Translations under genes and position numbers: made by a program
NCBI GenBank assembly: GCA_964304625.1
Contig: OZ199839.1
Location: 10,527,186 to 10,591,185, forward strand
Length of the DNA: 64,000 bases
Direction of reading: 5' to 3'
DNA from: Kudoa neothunni
Taxonomy: Eukaryota > Animalia > Cnidaria
In this document: in pieces, positions 1 to 13,146 of the stretch
Layout of the letters: each line of letters begins with the position of its first letter
How positions within the stretch are numbered: position 1 is the first letter of the stretch
The notes under the pieces: generated by a model
The model's input: the letters and a program-made list of their open reading frames with translations, nothing else
What the model was told of the DNA's origin: nothing
Databases searched by the model: none

Positions 1-37
1 AATAAACATAATAATAAATCTGAAAATGTCGATTTAA

Positions 38-1150
38 CCCCTGCGAACACTTCAAAAACTCTTTAAGCTCCCTCAAGCTAAGGAATATAATCTTAGGGTA
101 AAGATTAAGACATTCTTATTAACTTTCAGAGATAGCCAGGAATAAATATTAACTTTTCTACATATATGTAATTTAATCATAAAATCTGCTGATGTATTCA
201 TACATGTGCAAAAGTATGTAACTATAATCATATACAAGCAACCTAATGTGGTAGGCCAATTGAATATGATTTATGATGAAAAATGGATTAATTATGGTAA
301 ATTTTCTAATATAGTTGTTTTTTTGCAATGATTGGATTATAAATATCAGCGTAAATCTACAAATTTCAAGAATTTTTCTGATATATTTTGATGTTATATC
401 GTTAATAAAAGCTATTTTGGGGGTTAATATAATTTTGCATTGTATTATGTATTCGAAATAGAATATTAATGGGATATACTGCACATATTTTTAATTGTTC
501 TAGTCAAAAAATGAATATAAACTAATATTTTAATAAAATCTTTGAAAGGGGTCGGTGAAAAAAAAGTTTGAAGACTTCTGATTCAGATGGATTATTTGAC
601 CTTAAAAAATTTCATTACAAAATATCACGGAATGGGAGAGTTATAATATAAATCTCAATGCGTACTTTAATAAATCTTTTTAATCACTGAAATATCATAT
701 TCCTTCATTTTTTGTCCACACGAGAAAGAGCTCATCGACAATAGATGAATTTCGTATTAAGGAAGTCATTCATCTGACAACACACGACGTAATAAATTAA
801 TTATGGCTTCAATCTTATTTTCTACAAAGTCTAATATCAGAATATTTACAGTTTTAACTTTTAATGCGAGGATAGTAATATAAAGTCAAACATCAAGAGA
901 ATAATGTGCATATATAATGAACCTAGCTTCATGGTTATAGACGAAATTATGTTTATTGTAAATTTTTTGAATTTGGATGAGTTAGAATATAATGCTCCTG
1001 TAAAAGGCAGATAGTGATTAATTGGAATCGAATTAATATAGTGGGCAAACATTCTTATTTACGCTCTATAATGATTTTTCCATTAAATCAAAAAATTTTG
1101 CTTTTAATTAGCAGAATAATTAAGTTTTATATATAATTGATAGACACCCC
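38..1150 (-). mobile_element. Highly decayed piggyBac-like remnant
   Basis: TTAA|CCCCCT at 34-43. Minus-strand fragments near 700-760 read ...SIVDEL... followed by a ...MKEY-like segment, resembling the piggyBac VDE..RGR..KQY region. No intact ORF, and boundaries are approximate. Confidence 0.3.
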
Positions 1151-2951
1151 TATGTCTCCTCTGTATGTCTTAATGAATTACCGAAACGCCTCGATAATTA
1201 GCCTTTAAAATTGGATTCACTTTACAAAAAAAACAAAATAAAGAATAGTTGGATGTTATTACTATTTCTCTAGAACTTTTTAATATAATAGCTTCACCTT
1301 TACATGTCATCTTGTATTTGTATCTTAACTGTTATTAATCTGTACTCTTTATTTTTAACATCTAAATTATTTACGAAAATGTCTGAGAAAAAAAATTGTT
1401 ACAGTCGATGAAATGACGGCTTAAATTGAAAAAAAACGGTAATTAAGAGAAAAAATGTTTGGTTTCGTGTGTTCCTATTGAAACTGCAATTTCTCATTGC
1501 GATAATTCGATTGGTGTACTTTCTTATGAATGAAATAAAGAATACTCTGCTAAGATGTTTAAACTTTTAGTCTGCAAGTTATTTACAGCAGGGGCGATAT
1601 CGTACTATAACAAATTAAAAATTTATTATTTCTCAGTGTTCTATTTTTTATTAAAAATCTTTTAATCTATGAGCATAGAATTATGTATTATTTAAATTAA
1701 TCAATTTACGAAGCCACCTCGTCTTACTGTTTCAAATTAATTATTATAGTAGTGGTTATTGGCTCGGTAAGTAATATTAGGATGTCATTAGTTTTGCCTA
1801 TATTTAATTATTTTTTGTCATAAGAACGAAGCTACGGGCCCAGAATAATTAAATATCGCAGATACTCAAAAATTAAATCTGTATACAGGTTGTGATTGAG
1901 AGTTGTTGAGATTATAAATCTCCACCTCACAAGCGTATACGTCGTTTAGGATTAAAATATAACGTTCCAATAGCATCTACTATACTTAATATTTAAATTA
2001 AAGAGATATTAATTCATACGATACAGATTATCGCTGGATAACCCTTCGCTATATCGACTTTTTCATTTTAAATGATTTCTGTGTAATAATTTTAATCATA
2101 TTTTTCTAATATTATTAACAATCATGTTCAAGCAACTTTCTGTTTTGATCAGTTCTAATATGGATACAAATATTTTTTTAACAAGATTTTCAAAACATAA
2201 TACGTCTAATTCCAGATAACGTTAGGAAATTCCAATTAATTTCAAACAAAATTTAAGATTGATTAATGTCGACGAGTTATGGAGAATAATAAGACATCTT
2301 CGTTAAGTTGTTGTTTCTAGATATAACAAATTGTTAAAATTATATTCTTTAAAAAACGGTAATTGGTTTTTATTTTCTTATTATGTTTGGAATGGTTTGT
2401 ACTATTCTCCCATTGGTTACTAAATTCAAAAATTAATTATATTTTATTTCGATTAAACATGAAATAATTCTGTTTAATTTCATGAACATATGTAAAATGG
2501 AGTTTTCAACGTCTTGAATTCAAATCAGAATTATTTGAATCAATACAAATATTAAAAATATCTCATTGACTTGAAATATACAATAAGTAATTTAGAGACC
2601 AATATTTTGGAGTTTATTTTGATAATGCATAATTTTATATATTCGCCTTTTACTATTTGGGGAGAGGCATACAAACATCATTTGGCAATATAGATATAGA
2701 CCGTTATGGATCATCGTTTGCAAGATTTTTGATTTATAAATTTTTTTTATAAATAGTTTAATGAAGCACATTAAAATTCATTAATAAAGTGTCTTTTGAT
2801 AACGTAAACGCTTATTTTCGATTAATTAATTCGAACAGTACTTAAAACGAAGAAAAATGTTTAATATTTTGTGTCAAAAACTATAAAATTAATAATTTAC
2901 AACCAGTATTTTGAATTTTATTTAAATAGTACAATTTTGGTATAAATTTAG

Positions 2952-5900
2952 AGCGAAGAAAGGAAACATTGGTGGATTATTGGGTAGAAGGTACAAATTT
3001 GAAAATAAAACTAAGGCTATTAAAGAAAACCACATCTGATATACAATATACATTCACTGTTAAACAGGATGGAATGGATGAACTGGAGAAAACGTTAAGC
3101 CCAGATAATTGCGATGAAAGTGTGTGTACCTTCACGATGATTGACATAGATCCCAAAAAGGAGTTGGCGATTAGACGTAAATATGAATCCCCATATAAAT
3201 ATGGATATTACTTACTGATAAGTAATATATAAATATTTAATCTTCGTTAATGTTTGTGTTATAGAAAGTTACTCCTACGATTACGAATATTCTAATGAAG
3301 GAAATAAAATGAAAATAATGATTAAAATAAATGAAGGCGTTGATCCAGTTATTATCAGTGGTTATAAAATTTTTGACGCGAATATGAAAAACATTTTAAA
3401 GTTGAGCAATGTCTCCGAACAAATTCGTTGTCAAGATTATATATGTGAATTGGTCATCAATGATTTTACTCTTACGAAAGATTGTTATATTAGTATCTCA
3501 TCAGAAATGCTTGTTCCCCGTGATTTATCACTCAAAGGACGTAAGAATTATTGTGAGAAATATTCTAAAGTTATTAATTAAATTAATTTAGCTTCTAGTC
3601 TGCTTAATGTCATGTCATCCAAAAAAACTATTGGAGAGTTTACCGTTAGTTACAATTTTAAATTGAGAAAACATCTTACCAACCTTCCAATAATAATAAA
3701 GTACACATCAGAAAATGGCGTCATTGCGGAAGTTACGAAAGTCGAGGATACATCTTGTAACAAGGGAATGTGCAATATAAACATTAAATTGAACGATTAT
3801 TATTATCCTGGTACATTGTCCTTATCATCAGAAAAACTTCTTGATTCTTACTCACATGATGTTTCCCCTCGTATATCAAAATAACTATTTATATTCTTGT
3901 TTCATGTTGAAATTTTTAGCAAAGACAACATGTGACATTAAACATGACATTAATGAATCAAAATTAACTCTCACTTTTACTATTAATAAGCCCTATAATT
4001 CATTCCCAGCTAATTTGAGAATTTCTTGCAGTGACGATAAACGATATATTAAATTCGATGATAAGGATATTCTGGGGAAAACGATTTCGTGCAATAACAT
4101 GGTCTGCGTCGATACATTCAATTACGATTACACAAAAGATTGTAATGTTACAGTGAATTCAATAATATTTTCAGAAGATAAATCAATCTTAATCGATAAA
4201 GGTAGATGTTTTTTAAAGTCATAATCGTTAAACTTTCTTAATAATAATTTTAAAAACATTGAATATGTTAATGTATTTAGGAATATACCCTTATGATATT
4301 GCATATATTGAAGAAGGAAAAAACTTAAAGATTATGTTCATAATGGATAGAGAATTTGATAAAATTAATCTTGATAGTTACAAATTAACGAAAGAAGATA
4401 ATTCAACCATGATATCTTCCAGTGAATCCGCCAAAGAAATTACATGTGATAAAAATATTTGTGAGTTTACGATAAACAATGGCATTGCCGAGGATGACAG
4501 CTACCTTACATTTACTTCAGATATGCTCATTCAAAAAACATTCAAAATATCTGGATGTATATATATTTATAATTGTTTGTATCAAACGAAAACCATTTTA
4601 ATCCTTAAATTAATTTAGCATCAAAAAAATTGGAAGTTATCTCGTTTTCTGGAGTAACTAATGGATTAGTTGTTAAGCTTAGTTGGAAATTACGAAAGTA
4701 CGTTCCATCGATACAATTAGGTATAGAATACCAAGTAAACAACATCAAAGACAATTCTAACCTCGTTGAACCTAAAAAGGAAGTTAACTGCAAAGAGGGT
4801 GTATGCTCAATTGAATTCCCCATGAATGATTATTATTATCCAGTAATAATATCTGTAACATCTGAAAAATTTTCTGTAGCCTACTCTCATAAGTATACTC
4901 CACGTAATATGATATATTAATAATTAAATCTTAAACTATTTTTTTAATTCTTAGCGAAAAGTACGTATAAAGTCGATTACAGATTTGGTTCGGAATCATT
5001 AAATTTAAATTTTGTTCTTGAACAACCCTACCGAAAATTTCCAGTTGACTTAACAATGGCATGCAGTGACGATAAAAGTGTTAAAGAAAACACCGTGGAA
5101 AAAAATATTCAAAATATAGTCACATGTGCAGACGATAAATGCACCACCAATATTGATTATGACATCAAGAAAGATTGTATTGTAACAATCAATTCTGATA
5201 TATTTTCGGAGGAAAAATCAATAGATATTGACAAAGGTAAAATTCTGTAAATAATTGATGGACTTAAATTAATTTTATAGTGAGATCAAAATTCAAATTT
5301 GATAATTATTTCCTGGACGGAGAATTAGTTTTAGAAATCACATTAGTAGAGAATTATAGTCAAATTCGTTTGAATTGGACATTAGCAGATGGAAATCTCC
5401 AACCTGAGAAGAAATCAAATGGGTTTGAAACGGTCGAGTGTTCCAATAAGCTATGCAAAATTTCATTTGGTCAACGCAATACGAAAACATTTTACACATT
5501 ATTTTATGATTCTGCTTACCTTGAACAACAACCAAAATTGGATTTTGATATAAGTTTGTCTAAATAATATATATATTTTTAAATTTATTTTATGATAGAA
5601 TTGAGATGGACTGAAATATTTAATAATGTAAGCATTTTCACTAAAAACAAATTAAAATTATTGGATGAAGATAAAAAAATAGTAATATTACCCTGTTGAA
5701 AATTATATTCTATAAATAGTTTTAGTCTGTTACCGATATTAGCACCGCATGGAGTGACATTTTGAAGGGTGAATAATTTATATATTCTATATATATCGTG
5801 ATCGAAAAAATATATTTGAATCTAGATGGAAGTAGTGATGCAAAAGAAGAAACAACACCTGAACCAGAAAAAGAGAATACCCAAGAAACTACTCCAGAGA

Positions 5901-7657
5901 TAGTCGAAAACAAAGAGGAGTATTTTTCTGCTAGTTAATACTACATAATTATGGAATTTTAGGAAATTTTTACAGGCTGTTAACATTCTTGATGACATCA
6001 TATTAAATATGAACCAAACCGACGAAGTTTCTAATGATCATTTTAAGTTTAAAGCATTTGATGTAGCAGATGATTCTAATGTGATTCAATATACTACTAA
6101 GTATTTATATTATGATATGTACATCACTAATAACTAAAAATAGGAGCGAAAATGTCACCACCACAAACAATTCTGAAACTACCATGTCAATTCAAATAGA
6201 CACACTGGATAGTAAAAATACTGATGCTCCCATTGTTGAAAATCAAGTGGCATTGGCTATCACTAAAGCCCAATCTGTGGTATCTCAGTCAAAAGATAAT
6301 GTGATGGTAGCTGGTGATATTATCGTCTTGAAAATTAAAAATCAAGAAAATAAAAAGATTAACTTTACATTCAGCCAGATCATTAATAATGCTGACGATG
6401 TCATATACACCAAATGTTGCACATTAAACAGTATATTAAAAATTCTCAAATTATTTTATGAGATATTAAGCTACATGTTAACAAAATGTAATCAATTCTT
6501 TAGGAAATACACTCAAATGGGAACAAGTATATTGCTCTCCGCTCAGTAGGGAAATACTGCCCGAAAATCGAATAAATGTCACATGCTCATGTAATCACAC
6601 TACAAGCTATGCCGTGGTGTTTGATTTCAGAGAGAGGGACGACGCTACATCATCTGACGCTAACAAGTATCGTCAAACTGAAATTTCCCTTAGTTTAACA
6701 GTAATATCGTTGGTCTTTTTATTTCTAACACTGATTTGTCTAATCACCTCAGAGTAATCATGATTACCTATTATGCTCAGCGTTCTTAATTCATATTTTG
6801 TTTTTAGAACAAGAAGAACTATGCGTGTTAAAGCGCAAATTGGATTGTGCATTTCGTTGTTTTTCTTACAAGCGTTCTATGTTTCTATTAATATCTTTAA
6901 AAATAAGCCAAAAGTCTGCTTCGCCTTGGCGGTCAGCATTCATGTAATGTTGCAAACGGTGTATTATTCCTTCCTGCTCAACACCTATTTATTGTTCCAC
7001 ACGTTGATTTTTACCATGAAGAAAATTCCTGGTCCTGTCTTCAAACTATGTTTAGCTTTATCATGGGGTAATATAGATACACCTTGATTTTTCATATAAA
7101 ACTTGTTTGTAGCTATTCCTGGAGTGATTACATCCCTGTGTGTTGTGTTTATGAGGAACAATTACGCGAAGAATTCAAAGTAACACTCTGCCATCAAACC
7201 CTACTTATTCATTAATTTTTTTAGTTGTGTAGTAACTGGCAGTACAAGTCTTTACACAACAACAATACCTAGCGGTGTTGTCGTTTCGTTTAGTGTCTTC
7301 GTTTGTATTTGCGTAATCTGCAATTTGAGACGAGCAGAAAAGAAAAGAGGTAAAAGTGGATCAACCCTGTCCAAGGCCAAACAGATTTTCTTCTTAGCGA
7401 TTCTTTTGGGTTTGCCATTGATATTCCAATATTTAATCTTCATTGATGATGGTGGAAAAGGAGAGTTGGTTTTCGTTATAACCAATTGTTCTCAAGGAAT
7501 ATTCTTTTTCTTGATTATTGTGTTGTCCAATTCTACAATGAGAACCCACGCTCTTTCATCAGTCGGATTGATGAGTAGTTCAGCCTCGAAACCATCTTAT
7601 ATGATGCAATCGAAATCTAAAAGCATGACCCAAACCTCAAATCTTATTAAACACTAG
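2952..7657 (+). CDS. Adhesion G protein-coupled receptor (8 repeated extracellular modules, acidic S/T/P stalk, GAIN/GPS, secretin-like 7TM); multi-exon, 5' signal-peptide exon not located
   Basis: Spliced by hand. Module exons: 2952-3221, 3265-3540, 3592-3870, 3920-4201, 4281-4556, 4619-4903, 4955-5236, 5281-5553. Then 5599-5681, 5726-5768, 5826 onward. Exon 6504-6753 encodes LKWEQVYC...NVTCSCNHTTSYAVVF (GPS motif) and TM1. Later exons give TM2-7 (AQIGLCISLFF, VCFALAVSIH, LALSW|AIP, LAILLGLP, TNCSQGIFFFL). Stop TAG at 7655-7657. Confidence 0.9.
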
Positions 7658-8299
7658 TTCCCCTTTGGATACTTATTATAGTTATTTAACTAAACTAATA
7701 TATTAGTTTGTCTTATATATTTCGATCTATTTTGATTAATGATTAGACTTTTTTGGCGTTCTGAATTATTCATTCTTTTTACGATGTAAACAGTTGATAT
7801 ACAAATTTCTTTTTAGGTTTCTGTTTTTTTCAGGTCTTTCCTTGAGTAAATTCTACTTAATAACGTAGATTCAATCAATTTTTAACTATGGAAAGCTTTG
7901 ATGGTAGCTTCCAGATATTCGTTCTACAAAAATTCAATTGTCTGGTTCTACTCATTTTGTATTTTTTATAATGTGTCGTTATTCATTCTATTTTATTACA
8001 TGAAGTCAATTCAAACTATAACGTTGACTCAATATTTTATTATTAGTTGAGTTTTGTGATATTTGAATTAGTGAGGAAAAATAATTAATTCTATTTTGAT
8101 TGAAAAATATAAATTATTTACGTTGTATGATTTATTTACACATTTAAAGTAAAATGCCAATTTTGTCAAAATATTACGACTTGGCTTTAATTGAAACAAT
8201 AAAGAATGACAGTAACATATCTATATACCGTAATAAATTGAAACTCGATGTTTAATTTCTTCTAATCGAATTTTTTCTCGAGCTCTGCAAAAATAAATA

Positions 8300-9997
8300 C
8301 AGTCGTGTCTTGATATTGCGTAATATCTTGGGACCGGGGAAAAATTACGCAATATCGTGTCGTCTAAGTACGCACAATAACTTCTGATTTAACGTTTCTT
8401 ACAAACTTACTCATATACTTTATAATTTTTTTTAAATTTATTGATAATTTAGCGTAAGGCATCTTTAACTTGATGTTGGGAAAATAATTCATTAGGATTC
8501 CCATCGATACGTTTTTTCGCGGATTTATTAGATTTTTTAATTGAAACGTTCTAAAGATTTCATCGTTGTGTATGAGATCAGGACCTTCATTAAAAAAAGT
8601 AAATTTATCTTATTCATTTTAATTTAGATATATAATTTCATTTTCTTCCAGAAAATAATATCACTACACATTATTATCTATACATATGAATATTAAAATT
8701 TTTCTATTAATTGCTTTATAATGTTATGTCTTCATCTGATCACTTTAAAGTTTATCTTCTTAATTTTTCAATAATAATGAAGAAAAAATCAATTATCTTT
8801 GTTTTCAAACAAAGATAATTAACTCAATTACTAATTTTTTAACCACAACCATTCCCAAACCAATTTGAAAATATTTGAGTAGTCGAACACGGAATAGTTA
8901 AATATTTAGAGTCATTCTCTCCGAATAGCACATTTATGTATAATATTTTTCTCTAATTGGGTGTTAAGCGATGAATTATTCCCAGAGCAATTTGTCGCAC
9001 CACATAAACAGTGGTTTTGATAGAAATAGGAGCTGGATGTTTTCGAAATAATCGATAGATTTATGACGATATGAGTAATGTTCCAAAATAATTAAAAACT
9101 ATCTGTTTTCTTTAATGAATCTCTGGTTCATATCTTTGATGATCTGATAAAATATAGATGCGGATAATGACACATTTATTTGTGAATGACATTAAACTGA
9201 AAGCTCTCTAATTCCATTAAACAGAGATTTTTCTTAAAACTTCTTTATTATGTGTAATTACAATATTCCTTCGGTCATTGTAAAAGTGATAAGCATCGTA
9301 GCACCCTTTTAAATTGTTTTACACCCCTCCATTGTGCTACATTTTAATAATGGACGTATGCTGTATAAGCTGTTCATAAAAATGAGCAGTCTCATCCAAA
9401 TTTAATACATATTCCGGATTGTATCTTGACAATATCTCGGAAAAATTTCTCATCTATAGATAAATATATTTAAAATCGGCGCTCTCATTCACCGTGCACT
9501 TTGAGTTCTTCGGACTTTAACACCTGCAATTATCAAAATAACCATCGCTTCCGTTGAAATCTTTCGTTCAAATAGCTTTGACAATAATACAAGATTTTTC
9601 GATTATTCAAAAAACTAGATAATAATTTTTGCTTGCATTAAAACTACCCAATTGTAAAGATTATTTCAATATTTTTATATTTTCCCGGTCTATATATTTT
9701 TAGAGATTTTGAAATTTTTGAATATATGGTTTCGTATTGTTTAGAAGAACTTCTAAAGAGATTTAAATAGTCTATTTTAAATTATCGAACAATATTGAAA
9801 TTAATATAATTTGGTTAACCGCAATGTTTATCGGTAATATCATTAGCACCAGGTATAAACTTACGAAATTATAATAATCAATTATTTTTATTATATTCCC
9901 TTTATTTATTGGAGAACTTACAATGATTTTTATAGTGCACCCATCAGTTTAAAGGGATTAAAGTATAAAAAGAGTTACGCAATAGCGAGACACATGG
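8300..9997 (-). mobile_element. pogo/Tigger-type DNA transposon remnant with imperfect TIRs
   Basis: TA|CAGTCGTGTCTTGATATTGCGTAA at 8298-8323 and its inverted copy TTACGCAATAGCGAGACACATGG at 9975-9997. Minus-strand fragment KPLFMWCD near 9000 followed by a frameshifted CSG, resembling the DDE_1 LLxxDNxSxH motif. A related motif recurs at about 22025-22100. Confidence 0.55.
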
Positions 9998-10730
9998 TTT
10001 TTCCCAGACTTTTTGTTATCCGCTGGTTCACAATATATGTTTTTAATATAGTTATCCATTTAGGCATACTCAATATAATTATTAAGTTATGTTTTGTGAA
10101 TTAAAGCACATAATGCTAAGAAAGTTAAATTACGAAATATCGAGGCACAATTATATTTTATTTTTAATCCAAAATTTCATCTATTTCGGTTTTTCCTTTT
10201 TATTAACAACTAGCGCGAATTGCCCAGCGTTGTTTGGGGATGATTTCGCATATAAACGTTTCTTTATAATATCCAAAAAATATTACGTTTAAAATTGATT
10301 TATAGAAACAGTTAAACTAAATTTTTTTAAACATCATACTTTGTCGATATTGATTTCGAAATTTAAATCATGATCATTTCGGTACAGGAGTGTATCAATC
10401 CTGGTTTTTAATTAACAATTTCTTGTCCCCCTCATCAACGCTAAAAAATTTAGGGTCAGTGTCATATTTATTTTTCTTCCCGAATTATTTGAACTCTCTT
10501 AGAATGCAACTTAATATATTATTTTTTGGCCAGAGTATTTTTAAAGTCGAATTCTGGACCGGCTCGGAAAATGTGTGCGCCACTAACTTTTTAAGGGACA
10601 AAAAATTGAAAAAGTAATATAGATGAAGAAAACACAAGAAAATTAATTTTTATTGCTCAAATTAATATCGTTTGACCCCGCATAAACTTTAATGCACTTT
10701 TTTCGACAATCATTGAATTATTTTGTTTGT

Positions 10731-11110
10731 ATCTTAGTTATTAACTCAAAAGTTATTTATTGTTACTATTTATATTTTTTGTCAAGGATATATATCAATT
10801 TTATATCAACTAACTTTAAAATATACTTTTTGCAAATTTCCCCAAAACATCTCATTTTTCACTATAATAAAAATACTTTGTGAACTTTAGAATATAGATA
10901 TTAATGCAGTATGATTTGTTTTAGTTTATAATTTTTGTTATTAAATATTTTAGTAGAAATTAAGAAATTATTTAGTTTATATTTTGTAATTCTGGAAGCT
11001 AATTTTTAGAAATGATTATATTAATTTTTGTACTTTGTAATATGCACAAAACATTAAAAAAATATTTTAAACTATATTTTTATTGTTTTATACATTTTTT
11101 TAATTCAAAA
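10731..11110 (+). repeat. Dispersed AT-rich repeat, copy 1 (copy 2 at about 55831-56215)
   Basis: Co-linear blocks shared with 55831-56215: TAGTTATTAACTCAA, TCTCATTTTTCACTATAA, AAAAATACTTT, TTAGTTTATA, GAAATTAAGAA. Confidence 0.75.
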
Positions 11111-11252
11111 ATTTCCTTACAGATAACTAGGCAAAATATATTGCTTGTGAATATTTCATGATGTAAACGCAATATAATAATTAAGGTTATTACTTTTATC
11201 GGTACATGTATAATTCATTAAAACTAGTAATTTTATAGAAATAACAATTTTG

Positions 11253-12846
11253 GCGTGACGAAATTTCACCGGTGAAGTGCGCATACGTAATCAGATGTGC
11301 GCAATAGGAACCGACCTTGAATTGGATGTATTTGCACGAGCGCTTTTCCTCCAGCGTGATGTCAAAGGAGATTGATTCCAATAAACCAAAATACATATTT
11401 CTAAAACCATTAGAAATGGAAGAAAAATTTTTTACAATGGATATATGTATATTAAAGATTATTCTAACAGCGAAAATATGTTTTGGAGATGACAAACTCG
11501 AGAATGCAAATGAAGATTAACAACATTCCCATTAAATGAAATAAAAGAGATTGAGGGAAGGGGAACACATAATCACGTGCTATCTGATAACGAGATTGAA
11601 AGGCTCACCCTCTGGAACACAATTAAAGAATTAGCTGAGAACACTAAATACCCAACAAATAAAAAATACTCAATGGCTACGAGCCATGTTAACTTTAACG
11701 ACTTTCCAATTGTTCCAAAAAAATTAAAGTACCGAAATATACAGAATTCTAGAAAAAGGAATGCGATCGAAATTAACAATGAATCAAATCTTTGCGTAAT
11801 GAGAATTTAATAGTGTATGATTCGGGTTCAAAAGACCTTAATCGAATTATTATATTTTCTACACCAAAAAATCTAATTCATTTAAGTAATGCTAATGTTT
11901 GGATATCTGATGGGACTTTTAAGGTAGCCCCAAAAGAGTTTTCACAGTTATATGTATTATATGTAATTCATGGGAAAATACTTGGGAAAGATTGTCCATT
12001 AGTGTATATATTAATGACAAAACGTACTGAGGCTATGTATAGTAAAGTTTTATCAATTCTTAAAGAAGAGAATAATGTTGTTTTCCTGGAATACTTAGTG
12101 ATAAATTTCGAAACACAGTCGTTTAATGCGTGTAAAAAAACACCAGGAAAAATCTCCACTAGGTTTTTCTTATTCCATTTCGGCCAATGTATTTGGAGAC
12201 GAATTCAAAAGGAAGGATTCGCAAATTGTTATTCTGAGGATGCTCATTTTAAGATGTACATTAAATGTTTTTTCCCTAGAGTTTGTTCCTAAAAGCTCCT
12301 TAAATGATGAATTTCAGAAATTGAAGAATAAGGCAAGTCAATTTGGACTCAGTCATTAATTATTTTGAGAAGAATTTCGTTAAATCACTAAAATGGCCCT
12401 TAGAAATTGGAATGCTTATGATCGCATTAAGTTTGGAATCAATTTAACTTTCAATTCAGCTGGAGCATTTAACGGCCATTTTCATAAAAGATTTGATCAA
12501 TCTCACGCCGGGTTGCACCCATGTATTTAGAAATTAAAAGAGAACCAACTCAACACTGAACAAGAAATTCAGTTTCGTACGTGCAATCCTAACATGGTCT
12601 CTTCAGAAAAATATCAAATTGAGAAGATGGAGAAACTGAAAGATATATGCTCCAATTAAGGAAAATATTATGAAACTTATTATTTAGAAGTGATCGCCAC
12701 AACTTATAATTGGACTCTAGAATAACTAATAAATTATTTTGTTATAATTTATTTTAGCTACAATATCAATGTTCACATACGTTTTAAATAGGAGTCCCAT
12801 TATAGAGTTAACTTTTGCGCGCGCGTCCGGCGAGATTTCGCCATGC
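11253..12846 (+). mobile_element. Mutator-like (MULE) transposon with a pseudogenised transposase
   Basis: ORF fragments IIIFSTPKNL...WISDGTFKVAPKEFSQLY..IHG...PLVYILM...FHFGQCIWRRIQ, with frameshifts and stops. Imperfect TIRs: GCGTGACGAAATTTCACCGG (11253) versus CCGGCGAGATTTCGCCATGC (ending 12846). Confidence 0.85.
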
Positions 12847-13146
12847 GTTTTCATTTTTACTCTGTAGCAACTTTTCTTGCCTAATTTTTTTGTCGGCCGT
12901 CAGAACATGATATATTACGTAAATGTTGTTTATAATAACGATTTAAAAATTCAAGTATTCAAGAAAAAAATTGTTTGTCATCAAACTACAGGAAAAACGA
13001 AAATTAAATAAAGATCATATTCGTATGTACCATAAGCATAAAAAATTTTCACATTGTATTTAAAATGCATTCAAAATTTTATATTTTGTGCGATTTGTAA
13101 ACATTGGTATAACAGAATCAACCTGAAAGAATATAAACACACTTAA

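Noticed and set aside
2969-7657. The many separate 60-145-aa ORFs as an array of independent small genes
   Set aside because: They join through canonical GT-AG introns in a consistent phase into one adhesion GPCR.
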